Part shown: positions 1-10,456 of the stretch, one piece after another
Layout: each line of letters starts with the position of its first letter
Numbering within the stretch: position 1 is the first letter of the stretch
From: Nannocystis sp. RBIL2
GTDB taxonomy: Bacteria; Myxococcota_A; Polyangia; Nannocystales; Nannocystaceae
Direction of reading: 5' to 3'
Length of the DNA: 64,000 bases
Assembly: GCF_026626745.1 (NCBI RefSeq)
Contig: NZ_JAPNJW010000001.1
Location: 652,311 to 716,310, forward strand
Notes under the pieces: model-generated
The model's input: the letters and a program-made list of their open reading frames with translations, nothing else
Told to the model about the DNA's origin: nothing
Database searches by the model: none
Program-made: the position numbers and the translations under genes

Positions 1-657
1 GTTGCTGTTCTTCGCCGCCTGCGCCCCGTCGGCGGTGTAGCACGCCCACTGCATGGGCGGGTCGTGCGACAGCTGCCCGTTGGCGTGCATCATCAGCGCG
101 CACTGCTGGGCCTTGGCGTCGAGCCCCGCGTCGTGCTCGACCGCCGGCAGCCCGGCCAGCCAGCGGTACAGGTTGATCAGCTTGAGCGCGTTGTCGCGGC
201 CCGGCGCGCCAGTGTCGCCCGCCTGACAGCCGGCGACCGCCCCGCTCCATGTCCCTTCGGACATGTCCGTTCGGTCCGCCGTCCAGCGCGCGCACACCTC
301 CGCCGCCGGATCGACCGGCTCGCCGGTCGTGGTGGTGATGTCGCCGGTGGTCGTCGAAGCCGCGCCGGACGTCCCGCTGTCGGTCGGACCTGGCCCCGAG
401 GACACCTCGTCCGGCCCCGTGGTCGTGGTCCCGGCGACGCTCGTGCTCGTCGGCTCCTCCGCGGTCGACGCCTCGCTGGGGCCCGCCGCGCTCGCATCGC
501 TCGTCCCCGGTCCGCTGCTCGCCGCGCTCGCGCCGGCGCTCGTCGCCCCGCTCGCGGTCTCGGGCGCGCCGATGCTCTCGGTCACCTCCGCGACGCCCGA
601 ATAGCAGCCGACGACGAGCATGGACATCGACGCGAGGACGACGCGAAACGGCAGCAT
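1..657 (-). CDS. CAP/SCP (PR-1-like) domain lipoprotein; partial, 3' end lies beyond the window start
   Basis: Manual minus-strand translation gives MLPFRVVLASMSMLVVGCYSG (signal peptide plus lipobox), then a Ser/Thr/Gly/Ala-rich linker, then a CAP-like region (...NALKLINLYRWLAGLPAVEHDAGLDAKAQQCALMMHANGQLSHDPPMQWACY...). The frame is GC3-rich. It runs off the window edge, so it is absent from the ORF track. The antisense plus-strand ORF 64..1026 is an Arg/Ala-rich shadow. Confidence 0.5.
   Translation of the reverse strand, partial: MLPFRVVLASMSMLVVGCYSGVAEVTESIGAPETASGATSAGASAASSGPGTSDASAAGPSEASTAEEPTSTSVAGTTTTGPDEVSSGPGPTDSGTSGAASTTTGDITTTTGEPVDPAAEVCARWTADRTDMSEGTWSGAVAGCQAGDTGAPGRDNALKLINLYRWLAGLPAVEHDAGLDAKAQQCALMMHANGQLSHDPPMQWACYTADGAQAAKNSN
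247..274 (+). repeat. CATGYCC-family repeat, 2 units (CCATGTCCC / GGACATGTCC), inside the CAP lipoprotein CDS
   Basis: Seen in the sequence. Confidence 0.7.
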
Positions 658-907
658 CTCCCCCGAATACGACCCAACCGCGGCGACCGTCAACCCGCGC
701 GCCCAGCGGCTCGCGCCCGCTCGTGGGGTCGACGAGCCGCGACGCGATCGCGCGACCCCGCAGTCATATCCTCGCCTCGGTCGACCCGCGATTGCGACCT
801 GCAGCTCGTTCACCTCGGCTTCGCGTCTGCAGACCGTCGACCCGACAGCGAAGTGTGGACCGACGACGCGCTCCGCAGCGCTCGAGCTCGCGTCGCGCGC
901 CGCGCCG

Positions 908-3232
908 TCAACTCGGCGCCGCGACCTTGCGGCTCTCGGCCACGATCCGCACCAGATCGGCCTCGTCCTCGCACAGCGCCACGATCAGGTCGCCCGGCAC
1001 CAGCGCCTCGTCCGGCCGCGGGTTGACGATCAGCCGCCGCCGCAGCTCCGCGTGCGACGTCCCGCCCGCCGGCGCCTTGCCGCCCGGATCGGCAGCGCGA
1101 TACAGCCCCAGGGGCACCGCGCCGCCGCGGCCTTGCACCTCGAGCAGCGCGCGCCGGGCCTTGCGCCACGGCTGTCCGATGAGCCAGGTCGGCGCCGGCG
1201 CCGTGTAGACCTCGGCGTTGTCGTCGGCGAACGCCACCACGCGGTTGAACAGCTCCGCGAACGCGCGGTCGCGGCACGCCATCACCAGCCAGCGGTGCGC
1301 CAGCGCCTGGCAGTCGACCGGCACCAGCCAGGCCGCGAACGGCGAGAACACCTCCTCGCGCTCCGCCTCCGACGTCTCGACCAGAGTCACCGGCAGCGCC
1401 GGCGCAGTGCGGGCGATCTCCACCGACGTCGCCGCCACCCCGAGCGTCCGCGCCCGCTGACCGCCGCCGATCGGGTCGCGCGCGCACGCCTGATGGACCG
1501 CGCGGGCGATCCGCAGCGGATCGTAGCTGGCCCCCGACCCGTCGCCGTCGCCGAGCACGATCACCCGCGACGCCCGCGGCAGCCGCAGCCCCGCCAGGTC
1601 CTCCGGCACCTCCGGGTTCGAGTGGTGGATCGTCAGCGCCTTGACGCGCGCCAGCTGCAGCCGCACCCGCCGCGGCAGCGCGTCGGACACCACCACGTGC
1701 AGCGGCCGGTGCCGCGTCGGCCCCGGGCTGCGCAGCAGACGGATCAGCGGCAGCATGTCCTCGCGGAAGTTCAGCACCACCAGGTGCTTGTTGAGCCGCC
1801 GCCACAGCCGCGTCTGCTCCTGCGCGAAGATGTTGGTCAGCGTCGCGGTGAACCACGCCAAAAGGCCCAGCCCGAGGATCGTCGCCGCCGCCCCGACCAG
1901 CCGCGCCGTCGGCGTCTTCAGCGTCTCGGTCGTGAAGTTGCCGGTGGCGAACGTGTTCATCTCCCAGAACGAGTCGTTCAGCGTCCGCAGCCTGGCGTTC
2001 GAGTCATGTTCCAAAGACCAGACGATGAACGTCGACAGCGTCACCACGCACGCGAACGCGGCGAACGGCACCAGCGGGTTCGACAGCTGGCTCTCGATGC
2101 CCGCGCCCGGGACCCGCCGCCGCCGCAGCGCCCGGCGCACCAGGTACAGCACCACCCCTAGCGCCGCCGCGAACGCCCCGCCCTGCAGCCACGCCTGCCG
2201 GCGCTCGCTGGTCTCGTGCAGCTCGGCCACCGGGTGGAGCGGGATCGGCTCGCGCTCGGCGAACCCGCGCCACTCCACGCGGACCTTGAGGCTCGCGTAC
2301 TGCTCGTCGCGCGCGAGCTTCTTGAGCCCCTGGACCATCGCCTCGACCGCCAACCGGCGGTCGGCCAAAAAGCCCTCGTCTTCCACCCGCTCGCGCGGCG
2401 TCGCCACCAGCACCACCGAGCTCACGCACACCGTCGGCATGCTGTACTCGAGGCCCGGATACGTCCCGGTCTCGATCGGGCAGATCCGGTAGTACGGGTA
2501 GCCGTCGATCAGGCGGTTCAGCACCGCCTCGGGCAGCGGGTTCAGGGTCGCCAGGCCTGACGCCAGCACGTCGCGGATCTCCGCGTGCCCCGGCTCGGTG
2601 GTCCGCAGCATCGTCAGCAGCTCGCGCCGGCTCATCGCCGCCAGCGCCTCGTCGGCCGTGCCCGTGAACAGCGGCAGCTGCTCCGCAGTGTGACCCGCCG
2701 CGCCGAGGATCACCTTCGCCGTCTCGTAGCTGCCCGAGCCGTCCTTGCCCATGAACAGCGGCTCGCGGCCGATGTCGTCGAACTCCTCGAGGCGCACCGG
2801 CCGGCGCACCAGCACGTGGACCGCCGCGTCGGACACCGCCGCGATCACCCGCAGCTCGGCCTTGTCGGCCTCCTCGGGCGACAGCTTGCACATCCAGCCG
2901 CCCTTCGGGATCCCGCTGTCGCCCGCGTCCGCGTCCGCCTGCCCGGCCTTGAACGCCTCCGCCGCCACGTCGTACTGCACCAGCGCCGCGTCGAGCTCGC
3001 CCGACAGCAGCTTGTGGACGTTCTCGCACGAGCCCTTGGTGGACTCCGGCGCGATCGTCACCCGCCCCTCGCCCTGGACCGCCTCGGCCAGGGCGTGCGC
3101 GGTCACGTCGAACCCGCCCTTCTTCGCCCCCGAGCCGAAGCGGACCACGATCGCCTCGCCCGCCTGCGCCGCACCTGTCTGCAGGAACATGCCCAGGAGG
3201 ACAGGCGCCATCGGCCATGTCCGCGAGGACAT
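908..3232 (-). CDS. TAXI-family TRAP-type substrate-binding domain fused to a 2-TM ion-channel pore and RCK (TrkA-N/TrkA-C) domains
   Basis: ORF 908..3763 trimmed to ATG 3232 (MSSRTWPMAPVLLGMFLQTGAAQA, signal peptide); an alternative ATG lies at 3211. TAXI hallmarks are present (IVVRFGSGAKKGGFDVT...ESTKGSCENVHKLLSGELDAALVQYDVA). Then come TM helices and a pore-like loop (FWEMNTFATGNFTTE), followed by a Rossmann-type RCK (HLVVLNFREDMLPLIRLL) and a TrkA-C-like end (VPGDLIVALCEDEADLVRIV). The N-terminal 177 codons of the ORF are Gly/Arg-rich junk. Confidence 0.65.
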   Translation of the reverse strand: MSSRTWPMAPVLLGMFLQTGAAQAGEAIVVRFGSGAKKGGFDVTAHALAEAVQGEGRVTIAPESTKGSCENVHKLLSGELDAALVQYDVAAEAFKAGQADADAGDSGIPKGGWMCKLSPEEADKAELRVIAAVSDAAVHVLVRRPVRLEEFDDIGREPLFMGKDGSGSYETAKVILGAAGHTAEQLPLFTGTADEALAAMSRRELLTMLRTTEPGHAEIRDVLASGLATLNPLPEAVLNRLIDGYPYYRICPIETGTYPGLEYSMPTVCVSSVVLVATPRERVEDEGFLADRRLAVEAMVQGLKKLARDEQYASLKVRVEWRGFAEREPIPLHPVAELHETSERRQAWLQGGAFAAALGVVLYLVRRALRRRRVPGAGIESQLSNPLVPFAAFACVVTLSTFIVWSLEHDSNARLRTLNDSFWEMNTFATGNFTTETLKTPTARLVGAAATILGLGLLAWFTATLTNIFAQEQTRLWRRLNKHLVVLNFREDMLPLIRLLRSPGPTRHRPLHVVVSDALPRRVRLQLARVKALTIHHSNPEVPEDLAGLRLPRASRVIVLGDGDGSGASYDPLRIARAVHQACARDPIGGGQRARTLGVAATSVEIARTAPALPVTLVETSEAEREEVFSPFAAWLVPVDCQALAHRWLVMACRDRAFAELFNRVVAFADDNAEVYTAPAPTWLIGQPWRKARRALLEVQGRGGAVPLGLYRAADPGGKAPAGGTSHAELRRRLIVNPRPDEALVPGDLIVALCEDEADLVRIVAESRKVAAPS

Positions 3233-3238
3233 GCCCCG
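3186..3238 (+). repeat. CATGYCC-family array, ~4 units at 14-bp period, overlapping the start codon of the TAXI-channel gene
   Basis: AACATGCCC...GCCATGTCC..GGACATGCCCC. Confidence 0.65.
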
Positions 3239-3339
3239 ACGGCCAGCCCACCGCGCGGCCCGTCGCGCCCACGACGAGCTCGCTTTTTCGGCGCGCTCGT
3301 CTGGCGCGGCCGCGCCGTCCTGCCTCCGCTCCCCGCGTC

Positions 3340-4128
3340 TCACTCGGCCTCCCCGGTCAGCACCAGCAGCGCGCTCGCGTCGCGCAGCGGGCGGGCGGGC
3401 GACGGGCTCAGCAGCATCGCGTCCGAACCGCCCTCGCCGGGCGCGAACAGCCCGATCAGCGTCACCGGGCGGCCGCGGCGGTCGACCTCCACGTTCAGGC
3501 AGGCCTCGCGGAACGTCCCCGCGCGCAGCTCCGGCGGCACCGGCCAGGTCTCGACGCGCAGGCGCCCGCCGAGCAGCGCCAGCATGAAGCGGAACGCCCC
3601 GAGGTCGACGCACGCGTGGGCCAGCAGCGCCGCCCGCAGAAAGCCCGGGTAGAAGATCGTCGCCACCCCCAGGCCCTCGAACTCGTGGGTGGCCTCCGGG
3701 TCCTCGACCGCCACCACCACGTGCGGCGGCTTGCCCTTGCAGGCGCGCAGGATCGCCGTGCACACTAGGCGCGAGAACGCGTCGGTCTCGCCGTGGCCGC
3801 GCAGCGGCAGCACGATGATCGCGTCGGCCGCCGGCAAGCCGGCGGTGTCGGCGAAGAAGCGCGCCAGCGCCTCGACCCCGCCGCTCGCCGAACCCTGCCA
3901 GTACTTTTGGACATGTCCCGCGGGCAACTCGGCCAGCGCCGCCGCGACCGCGTCGGCGGGCGCCGGCCCGATCAGCGTCAGCTCCGGCGCCGGCTCTGCC
4001 GCCGCGATCGCGCGCACCAGCCCGAGCGCCTCCGGCGTCCAGTGGATCACCACCCAGCGCGGCCTCGTCGGCCCTAAAAGCCCCGTTGCGAGCTCCTCCG
4101 CCGCCGCAGTGTCCCCGCGCTCCGTCAC
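3340..4128 (-). CDS. hypothetical protein with a Rossmann-like fold
   Basis: ORF 3340..4239. The diverse, GC3-rich part starts near ...PRWVVIHWTPEALGLVRAIAAA.... A candidate GTG start at 4128 is in frame. The far N-terminus of the ORF is Arg-rich junk, so the start is uncertain. Confidence 0.4.
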   Translation of the reverse strand: MTERGDTAAAEELATGLLGPTRPRWVVIHWTPEALGLVRAIAAAEPAPELTLIGPAPADAVAAALAELPAGHVQKYWQGSASGGVEALARFFADTAGLPAADAIIVLPLRGHGETDAFSRLVCTAILRACKGKPPHVVVAVEDPEATHEFEGLGVATIFYPGFLRAALLAHACVDLGAFRFMLALLGGRLRVETWPVPPELRAGTFREACLNVEVDRRGRPVTLIGLFAPGEGGSDAMLLSPSPARPLRDASALLVLTGEAE

Positions 4129-4542
4129 GCCGCCGCAGCGTCCGCCCCGGCGCGCCCGCCTGTCAAGCCGACTCCCCGCCTTTCGTCGCCGACACGATCG
4201 CTCGCGCCGATCGACGCGGCCACCTGTCCTGCCCGGCATCGTCGGCCGCGCGCTCCAGCCTCACGCCGATCGTCTGCGCCACTCGTCGCCGCGCGCGTGC
4301 ACCGAGACCTCGCGAATCCATCTCGCGTGGCGACTCGCCGCAGATGAACATGACCTCATCCAGCGCGCGCCCTCGCTTCGCTGCCACCGCCGCGTTGCGG
4401 GCCGCGCCTGGCTCGGCGCGGCCGCCCGGACTCGCCGCGCGCGTGATAGCGTCGGCGCCTGCGCTCCACCGAGATCCTCGCGCTGGCGCTCATCGCGCTG
4501 GTCTCCTTCGGCCTCAGCTACATCGGCGCCACCGTCGGCCTG

Positions 4543-5250
4543 GTGCTCGGTCAGCTGCGGGTGGCCCTCCTCGTCTACGCCCTCGGCAGCCCCGCCGCCG
4601 GGGCCGCCACCAGCCTCGCCATCTCCACCGCCGGCACCCTCACCGGCACCTGGCGCCACGCCCGCGACGGCCGCGTCAGCCTGTGGCTGCTGGCCAGCGT
4701 CGGCGCGCCCTCGGCCGTCGCCGCCTTCGCCACCGCGCGCTGGGCCGGCAGCGTCGACGCCCGCCTCCTCAAGGCCGCCATCGCCGGCGTCCTCCTGCTC
4801 ACCGGCGCCGCCATGCTGCGCCGCCGGCCCGAGCCCGCCGGTCCCTCCGAACATGTCCCTTCGCGCACCTTCGCCGTCCTCGCCGAGGTCGTCGTCGGCG
4901 CCGTCCTCGGCGCGATCTCGGGCCTCGTCGGCCTCCTCCTCGGCAGCCTGCGCCTGCCGGCCATGATCCGCTACGCCCGCGTCCCCCCGCCCGTGGCCGT
5001 CGGCACCAACATGGCGATCGGCGCAGTCACCGGGCTGTCGGCCGGCGTCGCCACCTTCCTCCAAGGACAGGTCGACCTCACCGCCTTCGCGGTCGTCACC
5101 CCGCTCACCCTGCTCGGCGCCAACCTCGGCGCTCGCCGCACCGGCGACCTCGACCCCGACAGCCTGCGCCGCTGGATCGCCTGGATCCTGCTCCTGTCCG
5201 CCGCCCTGATGCTCGGCGAACTCGGCCTCGAGCTCCGGCGCGCGGCTTGA
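4543..5250 (+). CDS. TauE/SafE (DUF81) family membrane protein (putative sulfite/anion exporter)
   Basis: ORF starts at GTG 4543. It is highly hydrophobic with repeated GxxxG TM helices. The in-frame upstream segment (EILALALIALVSFGLSYIGATVG) also looks like a TM helix but has no ATG or GTG, so the true start may be a non-canonical codon or there may be a sequence error. Confidence 0.55.
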   Translation: MLGQLRVALLVYALGSPAAGAATSLAISTAGTLTGTWRHARDGRVSLWLLASVGAPSAVAAFATARWAGSVDARLLKAAIAGVLLLTGAAMLRRRPEPAGPSEHVPSRTFAVLAEVVVGAVLGAISGLVGLLLGSLRLPAMIRYARVPPPVAVGTNMAIGAVTGLSAGVATFLQGQVDLTAFAVVTPLTLLGANLGARRTGDLDPDSLRRWIAWILLLSAALMLGELGLELRRAA

Positions 5251-5421
5251 CCGGCGACTCTCGTCGCCCGGCCGCGCGGCGACGACTCGTCCGCGAGCTC
5301 CGCCGGCTGACTCGACCATCCGCTCGCAGCGCCTGGCCCCGCGCGACGACTCGGACGCGAGCTCCACTCCCGGCTGGACCGGCCGCTTTCGTCGCCCGGT
5401 CCCGCGCGCTACCTTTCGCCC

Positions 5422-7304
5422 GTGTCCGAGCGCGACCGCTTCCTCGCCTTCGCCGCCCGGGCCGTGCCAGTCGCGTTCGGCGCCCGGCCGGCGCCCGGCG
5501 AGCTCGCCGCGCACTGGCGGGCCGCGACCCAGGCGATCGGCGCTCGCCTCGTCCTCGCCTGCGCGCGCGAGCGCCTCGTCGAATTCGACCTCCAGGACAT
5601 GTCCCTTCGCACATGTTCCTTGAGCCTCCCGCTGCGGCGGCGCCGGGCCTTCGAGCTGCACGCCGCCGACCTCGACGGCCCCGACCTCCCCGACCTCCCC
5701 GACCTCCTCCCGCGCCTCTTGCCCGCGCTCGCCCCCGCGGCTCGCGCCCGGATCGCGCGCGAGCTCGCCGACAGCCGCTGGAACCTCGCGCTCGCCCGCC
5801 TCGCCGCCGACCTGCGCCATCGGACATGCTCCGAAGGCCAGGCTTGGCCCGCCCCGCTCGACCCCGAGAACCTGGTCGTCGACGGCCACCCGTGGCACCC
5901 GATGAGCAAGACCCGGCTCGGCCTGCGCGCCTGGGAGAACCTGCGCCACGGCCCCGACCTCCTGGCCCAGGCGGCAGTCCACGCCGTCGACGTCGCCGCC
6001 GACCACGCCCAGCTGGCCGAGCCGGCCCTCTACGCCGACCTCGCGCGCGCCCTGTTCCCGGCCCCCCCGCCCGGCCTCGTCCGCCTGCCCGTCCACCCCC
6101 TCCAGCTGCGCCGCCTCCCGCGCCTGCTCGGCCCGCTGTGGGGCCGCGAGGTCCGTCCGGCCGGCCTGCCTCCGCTCCACGCGCGCGCCCTGCTCAGCCT
6201 GCGCACCGTCGCCCTCGTCGCGCCCGCGCTGCACCTCAAGCTCGCCGTCGACATCCACACCACCAGCGCGCGGCGCCAGGTCTCGCCCGCCTCGGTGCAC
6301 AACGGCCCGGCGATCGCCGCCCTCCTGGCCGCGATCCAGGCCGCCGACCCGCAGACCCGCCGCGGCCTGCAGATCCAGCCCGACCTCGCCGCCGCCGGCC
6401 TGCACCCCCGCCACGGCCCCGGCGCCGGCCAGCTCGGCGTCGTCCTCCGCCCCGACCCCGCCGCCCTCGCCCAAGAGCTCCACGCCGACCTCACCGCACC
6501 CGCCGACCCATCCGGCGCGACGCCGACCGCCCCCGGCACCGCGCCTGCCCCTGAGCACCTGTCCTCCGCGACATATCCCTCGGAACATGCCCCCGAGGAC
6601 CTGTCCCGTGCGACATATTTATTAGAGCATGTCCGATCGCGCACCCCGCAGCTGGTCGTCTGCGCCGCCCTCGGCGAGCGCCGGCCTGGGGGCGACCTCT
6701 TGTTGCGCGAGCTCGCCGCCGACTACCCCGGCGATCCGCGCGCGCGCCTCGCGGCCTTCTTCGCCGACTACCTCGACCTCCTCGTCCCCGCGGCCCTGCG
6801 CCTGCTCACCGCCCACGGCGTCGCCCTCGAGGCGCATCTACAAAACACCCTCCTCGTCCACGCCGGGCGCCCCTGCGGCTTCGTCGTCCGCGACCTCGGC
6901 GGAGTGCGGCTCCACCGCGGGCGGCTGGCCGCGGCCGGCCACGCCCCCGCGCTCGCGCCCGACTCCTTCACCTTGACCTCCGACCTCGCCGAGGCTCAGG
7001 GCAAGCTGTTACACACCCTCGTGCACGCCCACCTCGCGGCTGTGATCGGTTGGGTCGACGACGCCGGCGGCCCCGACCCCGACGCCCTGTGGCCCGCGGT
7101 GCGGCGGATCTGCCAGCGCGAGTGGGACCGCTGGGCCACCGATCCGGCGCTCGCGCGCGCGTGCGCCGACGATCGCGCGTTCTTCTTCGCGGCTACCTGC
7201 CGCAGCAAGGCGCTGCTGCGCATGCGCATCGACGAACGCGTCAGCGATTACGCCTATACCGAGGTCGCCAACGCGCTCGCCGAGGGGTACTCTTCCCCCG
7301 CCGC

Positions 7305-7308
<4 letters not shown>
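5422..7308 (+). CDS. IucA/IucC-family (NRPS-independent siderophore synthetase-like) protein
   Basis: Family hallmarks are present ([28 protein letters not shown]). The stop overlaps the next start as ATGA. Two in-frame insertions of the CATGYCC repeat lie inside the CDS, at 5595..5619 and 6553..6638. Confidence 0.7.
5595..5619 (+). repeat. CATGYCC-family, 2 units, in-frame in the IucA/IucC CDS
   Basis: GGACATGTCCCTTCGCACATGTTCC. Confidence 0.7.
6553..6638 (+). repeat. CATGYCC-family array, 6 units at exact 14-bp period, in-frame in the IucA/IucC CDS, with an AT-rich segment (CGACATATTTATTAGAGCATGTCC)
   Basis: Core positions fall at 6557/6570/6584/6598/6612/6626. Confidence 0.8.
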
Positions 7309-8237
<929 letters not shown>

Positions 8238-8252
<15 letters not shown>

Positions 8253-8273
8253 ACCCTGTCCCCGGAGACATTG
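8238..8273 (+). repeat. CATGYCC-family array, 3 units, between the prs-like gene and the nadE start
   Basis: GGACATGTCC..CCCTGTCCCC..GAGACATTG; the nadE ATG follows at 8275. Confidence 0.7.
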
Positions 8274-8274
8274 A

Positions 8275-10254
8275 ATGCACCTCGTCCGCGTCGCCGCCGC
8301 CGCCCTCAACCAGACGCCGCTCGACTGGGACGGCAACCAGGCCCGGATCGTCGAGGCGATCCGCCTGGCCCGCCGGGAGGGCGTCGCCGTCCTGTGCCTG
8401 CCCGAGCTGTGCATCCCCGGCTACGGCTGCGAGGACGCGTTCTTCGGCCGCGGCACGATCCTCGAGTCGTGGCGGATCTTGCAGGAGCTCCTGCCCGAGA
8501 CGAAGGGCATGGTCGTCGCGCTCGGCCTGCCGATCATGCACCGCGCCGCCAACTACAACGCGGTCTGCCTGGTCGCCGACGGCCACATCGTCGGCATGGT
8601 CGGCAAGCGCTTCCTCGCCGGCGACGGCATCCACTACGAGCCGCGGTGGTTCAAGGGCTGGCCGGCCGGCAAGTTCGTGCAGTGGGAGCACGACGGCCAC
8701 AGCTACCCGCTGGGCGACCAGATCTTCGAGGTCGGCGGCCTGCGGATCGGCTTCGAGATCTGCGAGGACGCGTGGGTCCCGAACCGCCCCGGCGTCGAGC
8801 TCGCCAGCCAGGGCGTCGACGTGATCTGCAACCCCAGCGCCAGCCACTTCGCGTTCGGCAAGCACGAGGTGCGCAAGCAGATCGTCCTCAACGCCTCGCG
8901 CAGCTTCCGCGCCACCTACGTCTACTCCAACTTCATCGGCAACGAGGCCGGCCGCGTCATCTACGACGGCGAGTGCATGATCGCCTCGTCCGGCCACCTG
9001 ATCGCCGAGGGCCCGCGGCTCGGCTACAAGGACGTCTACGTCACCAGCGCCGTGGTCGACGTCGACCTCGCGCGCATGGTCCACGCGCGCACGACCTACG
9101 CGCCCACGGTCGACGACAACGTCCGCCGGATCACCCGGTTCGACATGCAGCTGCCGACCGCCGACCTGCCGCCGCACGCCAACGCCCCCGACGACGCGCT
9201 GCGCAACGACAAGCGCGAGGAGTTCTCGCGCGCCGTCGCCCTCGGCCTGTTCGACTACCTGCGCAAGAGCCGGTCGCGCGGCTTCGTCGTCTCGCTCAGC
9301 GGCGGCGCCGACTCGGCCGCAGTCGCCTACCTCGTCCACCTCATGGTCACTCTGGCCACGCAGGAGCTCGGCGTCGCGGCGACCTGCGCCCGCCTCGGCC
9401 TGCCCGAGGGTTCGTGCACCACCCCGCGGGCGATCGTGCGTGCCCTCCTGACCTGCGTCTACCAGGCGACCGCCAACAGCTCCGACACCACCCGTAATGC
9501 CGCCCGCGCGGTCGCCGAGGCCGTCGGCGCCGAATTCCTCGAGTTCGACGTCGACCCGCTGGTGCGCGCCTACGTGCGCACGGTCGAGGGCGCGATCGGC
9601 CGCGAGCTCGGCTGGAAGAGCGACGACATCGCCCTGCAGAACATCCAGGCCCGCGCCCGCGCCCCTGGCGTGTGGCTGCTGGCCAACTTGCGCGGCGCCC
9701 TCCTGCTGGCCACCAGCAACCGCAGCGAGGCCGCCGTCGGCTACGCCACCATGGACGGCGACACCTGCGGCGGCCTGTCGCCGATCGCCGGCATCGACAA
9801 GGCCTTCCTGCGCCAGTGGCTGCGGTGGGTCGAGCACGAGGGCCCCGCCGGCGTCGGCCCCACGCCCGCCCTGAGCGCCGTCAACGTCCAGGCCCCGACC
9901 GCCGAGCTGCGGCCCGCCGGCGCCAAACAGACCGACGAGGACGACCTGATGCCGTACCCGATCCTCGACGTCATCGAGCGCGCCGCCATCCGCGACAAGC
10001 TCGCGCCGAAAGAGGTCTACCGGGTCCTCGCCAGCCGCTTCCCCGAGCACGGCCGCGACCAGCTGCTGCTGTGGATCAAGCGGTTCTTCCGCCTGTGGAG
10101 CCAGAACCAGTGGAAGCGCGAGCGCTACGCCCCGAGCTTCCACCTCGACGACGAGAACCTCGACCCCAAGACGTGGTGCCGCTTCCCGATCCTCTCGGGC
10201 GGCTTCGCCCGCGAGCTCACCGAGCTCGACAACGTCGTGCCGAAGAGCGGCTGA
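8275..10254 (+). CDS. nadE: glutamine-dependent NAD+ synthetase (N-terminal CN-hydrolase plus NAD synthase domain)
   Basis: A 659-aa ORF with a nitrilase-type N-terminal half (GFEICEDAW) and an NAD synthetase C-terminal half (VVSLSGGADSAAVAYL). Codon usage is clean. Confidence 0.85.
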   Translation: MHLVRVAAAALNQTPLDWDGNQARIVEAIRLARREGVAVLCLPELCIPGYGCEDAFFGRGTILESWRILQELLPETKGMVVALGLPIMHRAANYNAVCLVADGHIVGMVGKRFLAGDGIHYEPRWFKGWPAGKFVQWEHDGHSYPLGDQIFEVGGLRIGFEICEDAWVPNRPGVELASQGVDVICNPSASHFAFGKHEVRKQIVLNASRSFRATYVYSNFIGNEAGRVIYDGECMIASSGHLIAEGPRLGYKDVYVTSAVVDVDLARMVHARTTYAPTVDDNVRRITRFDMQLPTADLPPHANAPDDALRNDKREEFSRAVALGLFDYLRKSRSRGFVVSLSGGADSAAVAYLVHLMVTLATQELGVAATCARLGLPEGSCTTPRAIVRALLTCVYQATANSSDTTRNAARAVAEAVGAEFLEFDVDPLVRAYVRTVEGAIGRELGWKSDDIALQNIQARARAPGVWLLANLRGALLLATSNRSEAAVGYATMDGDTCGGLSPIAGIDKAFLRQWLRWVEHEGPAGVGPTPALSAVNVQAPTAELRPAGAKQTDEDDLMPYPILDVIERAAIRDKLAPKEVYRVLASRFPEHGRDQLLLWIKRFFRLWSQNQWKRERYAPSFHLDDENLDPKTWCRFPILSGGFARELTELDNVVPKSG

Positions 10255-10266
10255 GCCTGGCTCTCG

Positions 10267-10358
10267 GGGCATGTCCCCGAGGACATCCCCGACCCGCGCG
10301 CCCCCCGCGATCACGCCTGAGCCTGCCTGGCGTTTGCGACATGTCCGGGAAGACAGCC
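10267..10358 (+). repeat. two CATGYCC-family sub-arrays (10267..10290 and 10337..10358) between nadE and pcm
   Basis: GGGCATGTCCCCGAGGACATCCCC and GCGACATGTCCGGGAAGACAGCC. Confidence 0.7.
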
Positions 10359-10456
10359 GCCCGACCGCCGGGAAAATCCCCAGGCGTTCGCGCCTGAGAC
10401 CGCCGCGGCGCAGCGCCTGCGCGGGCTTGCAGCCGGGCGCGCGCTAGCCTGCCCGT

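Noticed and set aside
64-1026. Plus-strand ORF of 320 aa at the window start
   Set aside because: Arg/Ala-rich junk. The minus strand of the same region encodes a convincing lipoprotein with a CAP domain that runs off the window edge.
4086-6588. Very long ORFs on both strands (4086..6554 +, 822 aa; 4261..6588 -, 775 aa) dominated by Arg/Pro/Gly/Ala
   Set aside because: They are typical out-of-frame or antisense shadow ORFs of high-GC DNA. They overlap the well-supported TauE (4543..5250) and IucA/IucC (5422..7308) genes and have low-complexity composition without GC3 structure.
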